Shown: positions 52,865 to 62,197 of the stretch, one piece after another
Layout of the letters: the number at the start of each line of letters is the position of its first letter
Position numbering within the stretch: the first letter of the stretch is position 1
NCBI GenBank assembly: GCA_963771075.1
Contig: CAVYSE010000018.1
Coordinates: 32,001-96,000, forward strand
Direction: 5' to 3'
Source of the DNA: a candidate division FCPU426 bacterium
GTDB lineage: Bacteria; Oederibacteriota; Muellerivitia; Muellerivitales; Muellerivitaceae
DNA length: 64,000 bases
The notes under the pieces: model-generated
Told to the model about the DNA's origin: nothing
The model's input: only the letters and a program-made list of their open reading frames with translations
Database searches by the model: none
Made by a program: the position numbers and the translations under genes

Positions 52865-55438
52865 GGGGCTGATCCTGGTAAGGGATCAGCACACCCAAAG
52901 AGTGACCCTCGGCTTGAGGCCTCGGGCCAGGGGGCTGATCCGCCAATTGAATCAGCACACCCAAAGAGTATGGCTCAGATTGAGGCTGAGCCACAGGGGG
53001 CTGGCCCTGAGGTGATTGTGGAGGAAGTCAAGAAGCCCACCTTAACCTTTTTTCAAAGGCTGAAATTATTCTGGCAGGGCATCCTCCAAGCATTTCGGAA
53101 CTTGCGGCAACCGCCTCCCGGGGAAACATCCCCCGCGAAATCGGACCCAACGAATCATGGTTCCGGTACAGGCGACCCTCCCAACGGGACCCAACCTGGA
53201 CCCACGGCCCAGGGGGCCGATTCTAGTATTGAATCGGCACTCCCCAAGAGTGGGCCGCAGCATGTGGCCGCGGCCCAGGGGGCCGATTCTAGTATTGAAT
53301 CGGCACTCCCCAAGAGTGGGCCGCAGCATGTGGCCGCGGCCCAGGGGGCCGATTCTAGTATTGAATCGGCACTCCCCAAGAGTGGGCCGCAGCATGTGGC
53401 CGCGGCCCAGGGGGCCGATTCTAGTATTGAATCGGCACTCCCCAAGAGTGGGCCGCAGCATGTGGCCACGGCCCAGGGGGCCGATTCTAGTATTGAATCG
53501 GCACTCCCCAAGAGTGGGCCGCAGCATGTGGCCACGGCCCAGGGGGTAAGACCAAGGGCTTCGCTAAAGGCTAATAGCCAACCGCCAAAGACTGTCTTTT
53601 CCGATTTTCTGGCTGACTTGGCCGAGGTCTTCCAAGGCTTTACCGCCGCCGGGGTGAAGGACTTTTTAGGCAAAATACCTGAGAACAAGTGGCAGGCCGT
53701 AGGTTATATCCTCGAAAAGGGCCTAAAAGGCGGGATCAAGTGCCTGGGGCATCTGCTTGTGGTGCTTGTGAAACATTTCTTTAAGCTGACGGGAAAGGGC
53801 ATCCACAACATCTCCAAATCCGTGGCCGCATGGGTCATGCCCATTCATTCCAGTAGCGGGTCCAGGTCCCACGGCACCCGAACCGGCCAGAATCCCCTCT
53901 TATATTTAGGCCACTGGGTGGTCTATGGGTTCATCACCTTGGCTTGCTATTCGATCGTGCTGGGGTCCATCGCGAACTTTATTCCGGTCATCGGACCCTG
54001 GATAAGGTCCGGGGAATGGACCTTCCTCCATCTTTTGCCCCAGGTGCCCCTTTGGCTGTTGGGTAAGATTTTACAACATCTTTGGATCTCCTTGGGTCTG
54101 TGGCTCATGCTTCTTTGGATGATCCACCGGGCCTTCAAGCCGGGTTTGGGGTGGCTCATCACTTTGTTTGTTCTTTTTCTCGCCGCCTGGCATTTCAAGG
54201 GTTGGGTGATGGATCAGTTACACCTTGATTTGCCGGCCTTCGAACCCAAGACGTCGGCCGCGGCCCAGGTCTCTGGCCCGAAGTCACAAACTGAGGGCGT
54301 CGGTTCTTCTTTAGAACCGACACACCCAAACCGTGGGCCTAATCTTGAAGATTCGGCCCAGGGGCATGATTTGAGAATACCCATTACCGAAAAAGGAATG
54401 GGTACCCCTCCACCTTTGTCGGCCCTTTCAGCCCCGCCGCCCACGGCGATTGTTTCCTCCCCACCCCCATCGGCGAAACCTAAACCTGCCGCAAAACTTA
54501 AGACCCCGCCTAAAAAGGTCTTAGTTGAAAGCCAAAGCGCAACACTTAAAACCGAGAACTCGGTCGCTCCCGTGGCTCTCCCCGGCGCACCCGCCACGGG
54601 GGAAGAGGCGGCGTGGGTGGCCGAGCTCATCCCCGCTTTTCACACGCCCTTCCTGGTGAAGCCTTTGGATCTTCAGCCTGACCCAACCATTTCCCCCGTC
54701 ATGGTCCAGAAAAGGCTTTCCGAAATCCAGGACCCCGAAAGGTTCCGCGTTTACGTGGGGCATGACCGCCAAACGATTAAATCCATGAACGTGGACGATG
54801 GCGGAATGGACCTATTCTTCAACGGCTCCTTCGGCGGGCTTTTGGGCGACTCATCCAGCTTTCGGTTCTTCTGGGAAGACGTGCAGGGCATCCGCCTGGC
54901 GACGGTGGAGGTTTCGGGCGACAAGCCGCAAACGCTTTGCTTTTGCGCGCTGGAAGTGAAGACCAAGAAAAAAATGGCGGCCTTCGAATGCGCGCCGGGG
55001 GACGTGGCCCATTTGGTGTCGGCCCTGGCGGCGCAGTTCAAAAGCTCCACGAAAAGGGAGGTATCGGTGGCGCCCCTGCCTTACCTGAACCAGGGTATGT
55101 GGCTGGGCGGGCAGAACCAGGTGGATGGGATGTGGAAGGAAAGCCCTGCGGGGCGGTCGCAAGAGGTGAAACTGCGCTTTACCCCGGCGGACTGGAAAAG
55201 GCCCACGACCGGCGGCGGAATCCGCCTGGGGGATTACCTTTGGAGCCTGGGCGTGAACCAGGATAACCAAACCGGGAAGGAAGAATTGCTCAGGCAGTTG
55301 GGCGGAACGGCCTCGGGACCGTCGACCCTTTTCGTGGTGGGCCCGGACGATTGGCGCAAGGCCCAGAATGCCGAGACCGGCCCCGAAAACGACCCCTTCA
55401 ACCCGCCCCGCAGGGCGGTGCGCCTGCCGGCGCCGTGA
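51890..55438 (+). CDS. ParB/Spo0J-like N-domain + HTH, 22-aa repeats, TM cluster, unknown C-terminal domain
   Basis: VPIDDL..PR..L..L...I...G...PI..SGKRRRLA; IGKTKSWVSR HTH; several hydrophobic helices in the C-terminal half. Confidence 0.75.
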   Translation: MAIFGGSPMESAQSPVGPSDQMPYPLNQIVMVPIDDLCDPPWDPRPVVDEGPLQLLVDYIAGEGYTPPILAWVGDGRKPWPVLSGKRRRLANQRLGKTEIATIFLDCSEERAKDLTQSTNEDDKPYWLGSCIQTETRLAEFGENYEILGKRIGKTKSWVSRAISLTKLLSNTSRKMIFDQYLNAVANRNSVPKKEENQETISVKKGRKAQKEENLDDKQWFLLESVALELLPLFRGRPVIEAVRLADQVVPVVLSQELDAKGVAKLVGMLNKGHEISDFMELNLKGPAKSQSGGATAKVHHAEGADPGNGSAHPKSDPRLEASGQGADPGKGSAHPKSDPRLEASGQGADPPIESAHPKSMAQIEAEPQGAGPEVIVEEVKKPTLTFFQRLKLFWQGILQAFRNLRQPPPGETSPAKSDPTNHGSGTGDPPNGTQPGPTAQGADSSIESALPKSGPQHVAAAQGADSSIESALPKSGPQHVAAAQGADSSIESALPKSGPQHVAAAQGADSSIESALPKSGPQHVATAQGADSSIESALPKSGPQHVATAQGVRPRASLKANSQPPKTVFSDFLADLAEVFQGFTAAGVKDFLGKIPENKWQAVGYILEKGLKGGIKCLGHLLVVLVKHFFKLTGKGIHNISKSVAAWVMPIHSSSGSRSHGTRTGQNPLLYLGHWVVYGFITLACYSIVLGSIANFIPVIGPWIRSGEWTFLHLLPQVPLWLLGKILQHLWISLGLWLMLLWMIHRAFKPGLGWLITLFVLFLAAWHFKGWVMDQLHLDLPAFEPKTSAAAQVSGPKSQTEGVGSSLEPTHPNRGPNLEDSAQGHDLRIPITEKGMGTPPPLSALSAPPPTAIVSSPPPSAKPKPAAKLKTPPKKVLVESQSATLKTENSVAPVALPGAPATGEEAAWVAELIPAFHTPFLVKPLDLQPDPTISPVMVQKRLSEIQDPERFRVYVGHDRQTIKSMNVDDGGMDLFFNGSFGGLLGDSSSFRFFWEDVQGIRLATVEVSGDKPQTLCFCALEVKTKKKMAAFECAPGDVAHLVSALAAQFKSSTKREVSVAPLPYLNQGMWLGGQNQVDGMWKESPAGRSQEVKLRFTPADWKRPTTGGGIRLGDYLWSLGVNQDNQTGKEELLRQLGGTASGPSTLFVVGPDDWRKAQNAETGPENDPFNPPRRAVRLPAP
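52798..53541 (+). repeat. In-frame 66-bp double-hairpin repeats (3 + 5 units; solo unit at about 54295-54360)
   Basis: Units start 52798, 52864, 52930 and 53212, 53278, 53344, 53410, 53476. Confidence 0.92.
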
Positions 55439-55604
55439 GGATTTCCGGGGCCAGGCCTCCAATTTCCATTTTTGGGGCCCCGGCCCGGAGGGGTGCTGTC
55501 AGGCAAGACGCATCGAAGCCCCCGTCGAAACCATCGGTATTGTCACAAGATGAGCGATTGGGTGTATAATCGGAAAGTAGGAATAAGTAGGAAAGTGAGA
55601 AAAT

Positions 55605-55865
55605 ATGGCATCCGTTCGAATCCGTGAAAAAGGCCAAATGACCCTGCCGAATTCCCTTCGGCGGGAAATGGGTTGGAGTTCCGAATATTTCGTCAATGCC
55701 GTCAAGGTGGGGGATTCGGTCCTGTTGATCCCCAAACCCGTCGTGGGGGACGCTCTCGCCCGCAAGGCGGCCCGGACCATGAAAACCCAGGGAATCACCC
55801 TCAGGGACCTATTGGGTGAACTGAAAAAAGCCAGGAAAGATTACTCCAAAAAAGATGCCCGCTAA
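55605..55865 (+). CDS. AbrB/MazE/SpoVT-family antitoxin
   Basis: IREKGQMTLP..LRR.MG. Confidence 0.88.
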   Translation: MASVRIREKGQMTLPNSLRREMGWSSEYFVNAVKVGDSVLLIPKPVVGDALARKAARTMKTQGITLRDLLGELKKARKDYSKKDAR

Positions 55866-56301
55866 CCGGTTTTTGAGGGTTTTCCTCGACGCCAGCGTTT
55901 GGGTGGCAGGGATCGTTTCCGAGAAGGGCGCCGCGCGGGAAATTCTCCGCTTGACGGAGGCGGGTCTTTTGGAAGTGACAGTATCAGAACAGGTGATCGT
56001 GGAGTTGGACCGTGTGATGAACGCGAAATTTCCGGAGCTTGTGCCGGAGGTACGTGGGTTTCTCAAGGCGGTCCGGCCCCGGGCGGTGGATGATCCGACG
56101 GAACAGGAAATCCGGGCCTTTCGGAGTGTCCTGGAGGCGGGGGATGCAAGCATCCTCGCGGCGGCGGAACGGGAAAAAGTGGATTACCTGGTGACCTGGG
56201 ACCGAAATGATTTTCTTAAGGGAAACGCGCAAAAACTATCTAAATGCCGGATCACCGACCCGGGTGATTTTTTAAGGGCTTTCCGGGAATACATAGGGTA
56301 A
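55855..56301 (+). CDS. PIN-domain (VapC-like) toxin
   Basis: VFLDASV, D..ILAAA, YLVTWD..DF; overlaps the antitoxin. Confidence 0.88.
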   Translation: MPANRFLRVFLDASVWVAGIVSEKGAAREILRLTEAGLLEVTVSEQVIVELDRVMNAKFPELVPEVRGFLKAVRPRAVDDPTEQEIRAFRSVLEAGDASILAAAEREKVDYLVTWDRNDFLKGNAQKLSKCRITDPGDFLRAFREYIG

Positions 56302-56530
56302 ATGACCAACCTGAAGGGATCAGATTTCAAGCGACGCGGGGGAGTATCTGAAAATAGGGAATTAGCCCAGGGCCCTTTTGGGTCACTCACTTAACACCCT
56401 TTTCACCGCCAAGAACGCCAAGAACACCTAAATGGGAATCGATGGGCGGTGATAAAAATACGCGTGGAAAAAGACCGGCGATTGGAGAAGATGGTCCATA
56501 AGTGTCAAGTGTTGTCCTGACCCCATTTTC

Positions 56531-57568
56531 GCGCGGGATGGTGTGGCGATTAAAAGGGTTTGGCGGCCGTCTTTCCACCAGCACTCCATGATTGGCCGCG
56601 TCTTGAATGCTGTTTGGATGTTGAAGTATTGGTGGCTCAGACTGCTCTTTAACCCTCAAATCAAACCCGATGTCATCCTGATCGGGACCGACCCGCTTTT
56701 TTCAATTATTTTGGTTCCGTGGCTGAAATTGCTCCGCCCCAAGGCCAAGATCGTCCATTGGTGTTTTGACCTTTACCCGGAAGCCGCCATCGCGGATGGG
56801 GTGATTGGGGATGGGAATCCCCTGGTCAAGATCGTGAAATGGATGATGAAGGGGGGATATCAAAAATGCGATTTGGTCGCCGATTTGGGAAGCTGCATGA
56901 GGGAAAGGCTGAAAGATTACGGCATTCAAAAAAGCGTGACGCTTACGCCCTGGGCATTGGAGGAGCCCCCTGAACCCTTGGGCTTCGATAAAGATGAACG
57001 GGCGCTTTTATTCGGGGATGCCCCTTTGGGGATGCTTTATTCGGGAAGTTTCGGCCGTGCCCATGAATTCTACCTGATCCTTAAACTGGCACGAAAGCTT
57101 CATTCTAAAGTGATGATCAACTACGGGGTTCGTGGAAGCCGGCTGGAAGAGTTGAAACTGGCGATTAACCCGGAAGATACCAATGTTCGAATTTCAGGTT
57201 TCGCGCCACCCGATCGATTGGCCGCGCGCCTTTGCGCTCCCGATATCCATATCGTCTCCCTTCGCCCGGAATGGGAAGGCATCGTGGTGCCCTCAAAGTT
57301 TTTTGGGGCCCTGGCCGTGGGAAGGCCGGTGTTGTTTGAGGGGCCTGAAAAATCGGCCATTGCCCAATGGATCAAGGAACACCAAGTCGGCTGGGTTTTG
57401 AGGCCCGGCAACCTGGAAGAAGTGGCGGGCGACCTGGCGCGTTTTTCGGCCGACGAGGCCGGGAAGGCGGCGATGTTCAAGCATTGCAACGAGACCTATA
57501 AGAAGTTCTTCTCCAAGAAGGCGGTTATGGACCACTGGGATAAAGAACTTCAAGCGCTGACCGGCTGA
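56531..57568 (+). pseudogene. GT4 (WcaI-like) glycosyltransferase lacking its N-terminus
   Basis: Homology to the 60985 paralogue begins just after CCTGACCCCATTTT; HWCFDLYPE, VPSKFFG. Confidence 0.8.
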
Positions 57569-57670
57569 CAATGGTCGCGCGGATGATTCTACTCAAACTA
57601 TTTTGGAAACCTTTTTTCGAGGCTTGAAAGGTCTGTTGACCGATTTAATATTAGATATTAAAATTGCATC

Positions 57671-58822
57671 ATGTATCTCCATCGGTTACTGGAAAAGACA
57701 CTGTCCCAGGTCCAAAAAGCATTCCCCGCCGTTGTCCTGACTGGCCCCCGGCAGTCGGGGAAGAGCACTCTTTTACGCCATTTCCTGGCGGCCCGGAAAC
57801 CCACGATCCTTTCGCTGGAGGACCCGCGGACCCGTTCACTCATCGCGGAAGACCCCTTGACCTACCTCCGACGGCTTCCCAAACCGGCGGTATTGGATGA
57901 GATCCAGTATTACCCGGACATCACGGTTTACGTGAAAATGATCGTGGATGCCGACCGGAAACCCGGCCAATGGTTCTTGACGGGCTCCCAGCAGTTCACC
58001 CTGATGCGCCACGTATCCGAGTCGATGGCCGGCCGGGCCGCCATCTTGACCCTTCCCCCGATCCAAATGGGGGAACGGAAAAAGACACCCAACTTGGAGG
58101 GCTTTATGGCGGGTCCCAGCTACCCGCAACCCCTGCTTGCCCCCAAAAAACATGCCGCCCTTTGGTATTCTTCCTACCTCCAGACTTACCTGGAGCGGGA
58201 CATCCGAACCCAGCTCGCCGTCTCGGATTTGCGGGATTTCGAGAAATTGATCAGGCTTCTCGCGGCCCGGACGGCCCAGGTGCTCGATTACACATCCCTG
58301 GCGGGGCCCTTGGGCTTGAGCGTGCCCACCGTTAAAAGATGGGTTTCGGCGCTCTCGGCCGGTTACATCATCCACTTGCTCCAGCCCTATTACGAGAATT
58401 TCGGAAAACGCATCATCAAGGCCCCCAAGATTTACTTTTACGATCCCGGTTTGCCGGCTTATTTGCTCCGGCTGGACCAGGGCCCCCCTGTCCAGCATGG
58501 GCCCATGGCGGGAGCCCTATTCGAAAACGCGGTGGTCTCCGAAATGCTGAAGGCCGGATGGGCGAAAGGGACACAGCCGGAGTTCTATTATTGGCACTCC
58601 CAAGGCGGGATGGAGGTGGACCTGCTCGTTCCCGGCCAGGGCGGATACGACCCGGTCGAAATCAAGCTGGCGTCCCGGTTGAAGGCGGACCATGCCCGTA
58701 ACCTGAAATACTGGCTGGAACTTTCCGGGCGAAAAAATGCGGTGGGGACTCTGGTCACCGATTCCAAAGAGGAATTTCCGGGCGCCAAAATCCGGAACAT
58801 GCATTGGGAAAATCTGTTATAG
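57671..58822 (+). CDS. AAA ATPase (AAA_14 + DUF4143 type)
   Basis: GPRQSGKST, LDEIQ, LTGS, ESMAGR, YLERD, KIYFYDPG, EVDL..EIK. Confidence 0.9.
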   Translation: MYLHRLLEKTLSQVQKAFPAVVLTGPRQSGKSTLLRHFLAARKPTILSLEDPRTRSLIAEDPLTYLRRLPKPAVLDEIQYYPDITVYVKMIVDADRKPGQWFLTGSQQFTLMRHVSESMAGRAAILTLPPIQMGERKKTPNLEGFMAGPSYPQPLLAPKKHAALWYSSYLQTYLERDIRTQLAVSDLRDFEKLIRLLAARTAQVLDYTSLAGPLGLSVPTVKRWVSALSAGYIIHLLQPYYENFGKRIIKAPKIYFYDPGLPAYLLRLDQGPPVQHGPMAGALFENAVVSEMLKAGWAKGTQPEFYYWHSQGGMEVDLLVPGQGGYDPVEIKLASRLKADHARNLKYWLELSGRKNAVGTLVTDSKEEFPGAKIRNMHWENLL

Positions 58823-58869
58823 GGGTCACCTATGAAAAAGAATGTCCAGGCAAAAGCGTAGTATCACGG

Positions 58870-59017
58870 CCCCAAGTCCAACCTGAGTCTCAAAGGACTA
58901 CAAGTCAGTCACCTATTCGCGGTTGTTTCACCGCACGATAACGTTGGACCCGGCCGCTCAATCAGGCCAAGGACCTCAACTCTTGCGGGTTGTGTCAGAC
59001 CCCGTCGGAGCTGGCCG
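58870..59017 (-). ncRNA. Predicted bridge/seek RNA of the IS110 element
   Basis: Two stem-bounded internal loops carrying matches to both strands of the target (GGGGTC, GGCCTGA) and of the donor junction (GTTATC, ATAGGTGA); transcript ends unknown. Confidence 0.7.
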
Positions 59018-60017
59018 GGCAGTCCTCAAAAGCTTCCTTCTTTCGTAACATATGAAAGATGCTTTTCAGCATAGCCCTTGCTACTGCTATTCGTCCCGCG
59101 TTATTCCCATGCTTCTTCTTCACCCTCGTGTATAAGGTCCCATACCGTCGGGTTTTGCGAATGGCATGAAGCGAGTTCTCAACCAATATCCAGCGAATCC
59201 ATTTAGAACCCTGTTTGGTGATGTGGCCGTTGTGGCTTTTTCCCCCTGATGCGTGAACACTGGGGACCAATCCACCATAAGAACATAGATGTTCCGCGTC
59301 CGGGAACCGGCGAATATCCCCAATCTCGCTCAAAATTAATAAAGCCGAAAAGGCACCCACGCCTGGCATGGTCATCATCAGCTGGGCTTCCGGGCTTTCT
59401 GCTGCCATTTTCTTGATCACCTCTTCTGATTTGGCGATCTCTTGGCCTAGTTCCCGGATTACTTCCATATATCCGTCCAGTTCCAAACGGTAGCAAGGCC
59501 GGGTACCTACCGTGGCAAGTTCGCGGAAGTTCTTTATTCCGAATCGGTTTTTAGTAACGGGTTCGATTCCCGCCTTGGTCATGACCGAAGTCATCCGGTT
59601 TTTGGCTTGTGTTCTCAATTGCACCAGGGAAGCCCGGTACCTAAGGATTTCCCGTAAGTCGCGGATCTCTCGGGGTGGCACATAGGCTCGTGGCAGCAGA
59701 TCCACCCGCAAAAGTTGAGCCAGGATTCCCGAATCAATTTTATCCGTCTTGATCTTGGCCGAGGCTATGGCTTTGACCTTTTGGGGGTGGGCCAATACCA
59801 GGTTGGGGAATCGATCCTCGATGAGTTCGTAAAAGTGATACCAATGACCTGTGGCTTCTACTACGACCTGGCTACTCACGGGTTGCTTCTTGAAATAAGC
59901 CTTTAAAGTATCCGCGTCGTTCTTCAGATCGACTTGTTCCAGCACCTTTCCTTTCTCATTCACTCTCGTGACGTAGGATGTTTTCTGGTGTAGGTCTACT
60001 CCGATATACTGTCCCAC
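58995..60017 (-). CDS. IS110-family DEDD recombinase
   Basis: GVDLH, VEATG, KTDKID, PGVG, GLVP...SGG; GGAGG RBS. Confidence 0.95.
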   Translation of the reverse strand: MGQYIGVDLHQKTSYVTRVNEKGKVLEQVDLKNDADTLKAYFKKQPVSSQVVVEATGHWYHFYELIEDRFPNLVLAHPQKVKAIASAKIKTDKIDSGILAQLLRVDLLPRAYVPPREIRDLREILRYRASLVQLRTQAKNRMTSVMTKAGIEPVTKNRFGIKNFRELATVGTRPCYRLELDGYMEVIRELGQEIAKSEEVIKKMAAESPEAQLMMTMPGVGAFSALLILSEIGDIRRFPDAEHLCSYGGLVPSVHASGGKSHNGHITKQGSKWIRWILVENSLHAIRKTRRYGTLYTRVKKKHGNNAGRIAVARAMLKSIFHMLRKKEAFEDCPASSDGV

Positions 60018-60396
60018 GGCTGCACCTCCTAAGCGTTTTGCACCACCTGCAAAGGTGAGTGCCTTTTCGACTCTGGGTTTATCCTAGAGCCTCGTCCCAC
60101 TTAAGTGGAGACGCTCTACGCTTGGAGCTCTGCAGCCTTTTTCATGTTATCAGGCTACCATTTTCCATTTTTCAAACCCGGCTCCGGCTGGGCCATGGGG
60201 AGCCCGAACCCAGGCAGAGGCTTCTATTGATTGTCGCTTGATGGGACCAAGTCCCCGACGCTCTTTGACGGGAGAACTCAAAACTTAATCTCCCTGTTAC
60301 CTAATCTAAAAGCCGAAAACATCCGGTCATGCAGGCGGGCATCATGTTGGATTGTGAATAGGGCTATAATACGGGAAACACCGAAGGAGGCGTCCC

Positions 60397-60627
60397 TTGA
60401 CCTGGCAAGATCGAATCATTATTAATCCTGAAGTCATGGTAGGAAAACCCATTGTTAAGGGTACCCGGATTACGGTTGAGTTCATTTTCGGCTTATTGGC
60501 CCAAGGGTGGAAAACCGATGAAATCCTCAAGAATTATCCTGGCATTGAACGTGAGGATATCCAGGCTTGCCTGATTTACGCGAGTGATGTTTTGCGCGCC
60601 GAAAAAGTTTATCCCCTTCCCGTATAA
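60397..60627 (+). CDS. DUF433 antitoxin
   Basis: GKPIVKGTRITV..EIL.NYP....DI.ACL.YA; AAGGAGG RBS and TATAAT upstream. Confidence 0.92.
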   Translation: MTWQDRIIINPEVMVGKPIVKGTRITVEFIFGLLAQGWKTDEILKNYPGIEREDIQACLIYASDVLRAEKVYPLPV

Positions 60628-60629
60628 AT

Positions 60630-60818
60630 ATGCGTTTTTTAGCTGATGAGAATTTTCCCGGTTCTGTTGTCGAAACCCTGAGGTTTGAAGGGCATGATGT
60701 TTTTTGGGCCAGGGTGGATTCCCCGGGGACAAAGGACAGGAGCCTCCTTTCCCGCGCGGAGGATGAGGGCCGGATCCTTTGGCCTGATGATGTCGCGCCT
60801 GATTCTTGTATGGAATAG
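60630..60818 (+). pseudogene. DUF5615 PIN-like toxin, truncated
   Basis: MRFLADEN..L...GHDV..EGRIL then an abrupt switch to WPDDVA; the expected TxDKDF motif is absent. Confidence 0.8.
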
Positions 60819-60984
60819 GCACGCCCAATCTTGCGCCTCGGCTTGAAGACCTCGGCGCGGGTCCATCATCGTGAGTTTTCAAACAGTTGGTGCGAATGAT
60901 TAAAAAAGTTCTTGTGCTAAATCATTACGGATTCGACTCCCTATGGTCGCTCACCGCAGGCTATTTCTTTGAGGTGGATTAAGA

Positions 60985-62197
60985 ATGAATAAGATCCTCA
61001 TTCTTAACCATTACTACTGGCCTGATGATGTCGCTTCTGCCCGTCATTACACCGACTTTTGCGAGGATTTCGGCGAAGAGGGGTTATTCGGTCGAGGTTT
61101 GGCCTTGCAACCGGAGCTGTCACCACTATGAGGAAAAGTACCCTTGTGGGCGGGAGATCAAAAACGGGGTCCTCATCCGCCGGGTTTGGAGGCCGCCGTT
61201 CAAGCAGCATTCCAACCTGGGCCGGATGATCGACGCCCTCTGGGTGATGGCGGTTTGGAAACTGCGGTTTTTTACCCTCTTCGGGTCCCGGCCCGACCTG
61301 TTGGTCATCGGGACCGACCCCATCTTCAGCCTTTTACTCGTTCCCCTTTTTAGGCTGTTGCACCCGAAAGTGAAGGTGGTCCATTGGTGCTTCGACCTCT
61401 ACCCCGAATACCCGGTGGCCGCGGGGATGGTGCGGGAAAACCACTGGGCGGTGCGGGCACTGGGGGCCCTGATGGAGAAGGCCTACGGCGCCTGCGACCT
61501 GGTGGCCGACCTGGGGCCCTGCATGAGGCGGCAGCTTGAAAAATATCCCGCGAAATCCCGGGCCACCCTGCCCCCCTGGGCACTGGAAGAACCCCCTTCG
61601 CCTTTGTCTTTCGACCCGGCGGAACGGAAGGAACTTTTCGGTGACTCGCGGCTGGGCCTGCTCTATTCGGGAAATTTCGGTCTGCCCCATGCCTTTGAGC
61701 TGAGTTTGGCTCTGGCCCGCCGGTTGAAAAGCCAATCCACTACATTGACCTACAGCGCCCATGGGAGCCGGATAGAAGAACTCAAGGGGGCTTTGACGCC
61801 CAAGGACACGAATATCCGTTTTGTTTCCTTTGTCCCGCCGGATCGTTTGGCTGCCCGTCTGAGCGCCCCGGATGTCCATGTGGTCAGCCTGCGCCCCGAG
61901 TGGGCGGGGCTGGTGGTGCCATCCAAATTTTTTGGGGTTTTGGCGGTGGGCCGCCCGGTATTATTCGAGGGGGATGGGGGTTCTTCCATCGCCCAATGGA
62001 TCAAGGAGCACCAAGTCGGTTGGATCCTGCGGCCGGACAACCTGGAGGAAGTGGCGGGGGACTTGGTGAGATTTTCGGTGGATGACGCCAGGAAAGCGGC
62101 GATGTTCAAGCATTGCAACTCCGTTTACCAAGCCTATTTTTCAAAGAAGTCCGTGATGGATCGATGGGATAAAGAATTGAAAAATATAATCGGGTGA
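60985..62197 (+). pseudogene. GT4 (WcaI-like) glycosyltransferase with a +1 frameshift near 61071
   Basis: GAGGTG RBS and ATG 60985 give MNKILILNHYYWPDDVASARHYTDFCED; homology continues AKRGYSVEV in the next frame. Confidence 0.8.

Larger units (their letters stand above)
58826..60152 (-). mobile_element. IS110-family element with subterminal inverted repeats (IS1111-like layout)
   Basis: TCA core at 58826-58828 and 60150-60152; subterminal ATGAAAAAG / CTTTTTCAT; joining the ends gives TGGACA-N17-TAACAT. Confidence 0.85.

Noticed and set aside
53212..53541. 66-bp period resembling CRISPR repeat plus spacer
   Set aside because: No variable spacers in this block, in frame within a long ORF, no cas genes
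60018..60149. Upstream non-coding end as the IS110 guide RNA
   Set aside because: It is structured (GGCTGCA/TGCAGCC closing stem beside the RBS), but I found no target or donor matches there; the matches are downstream
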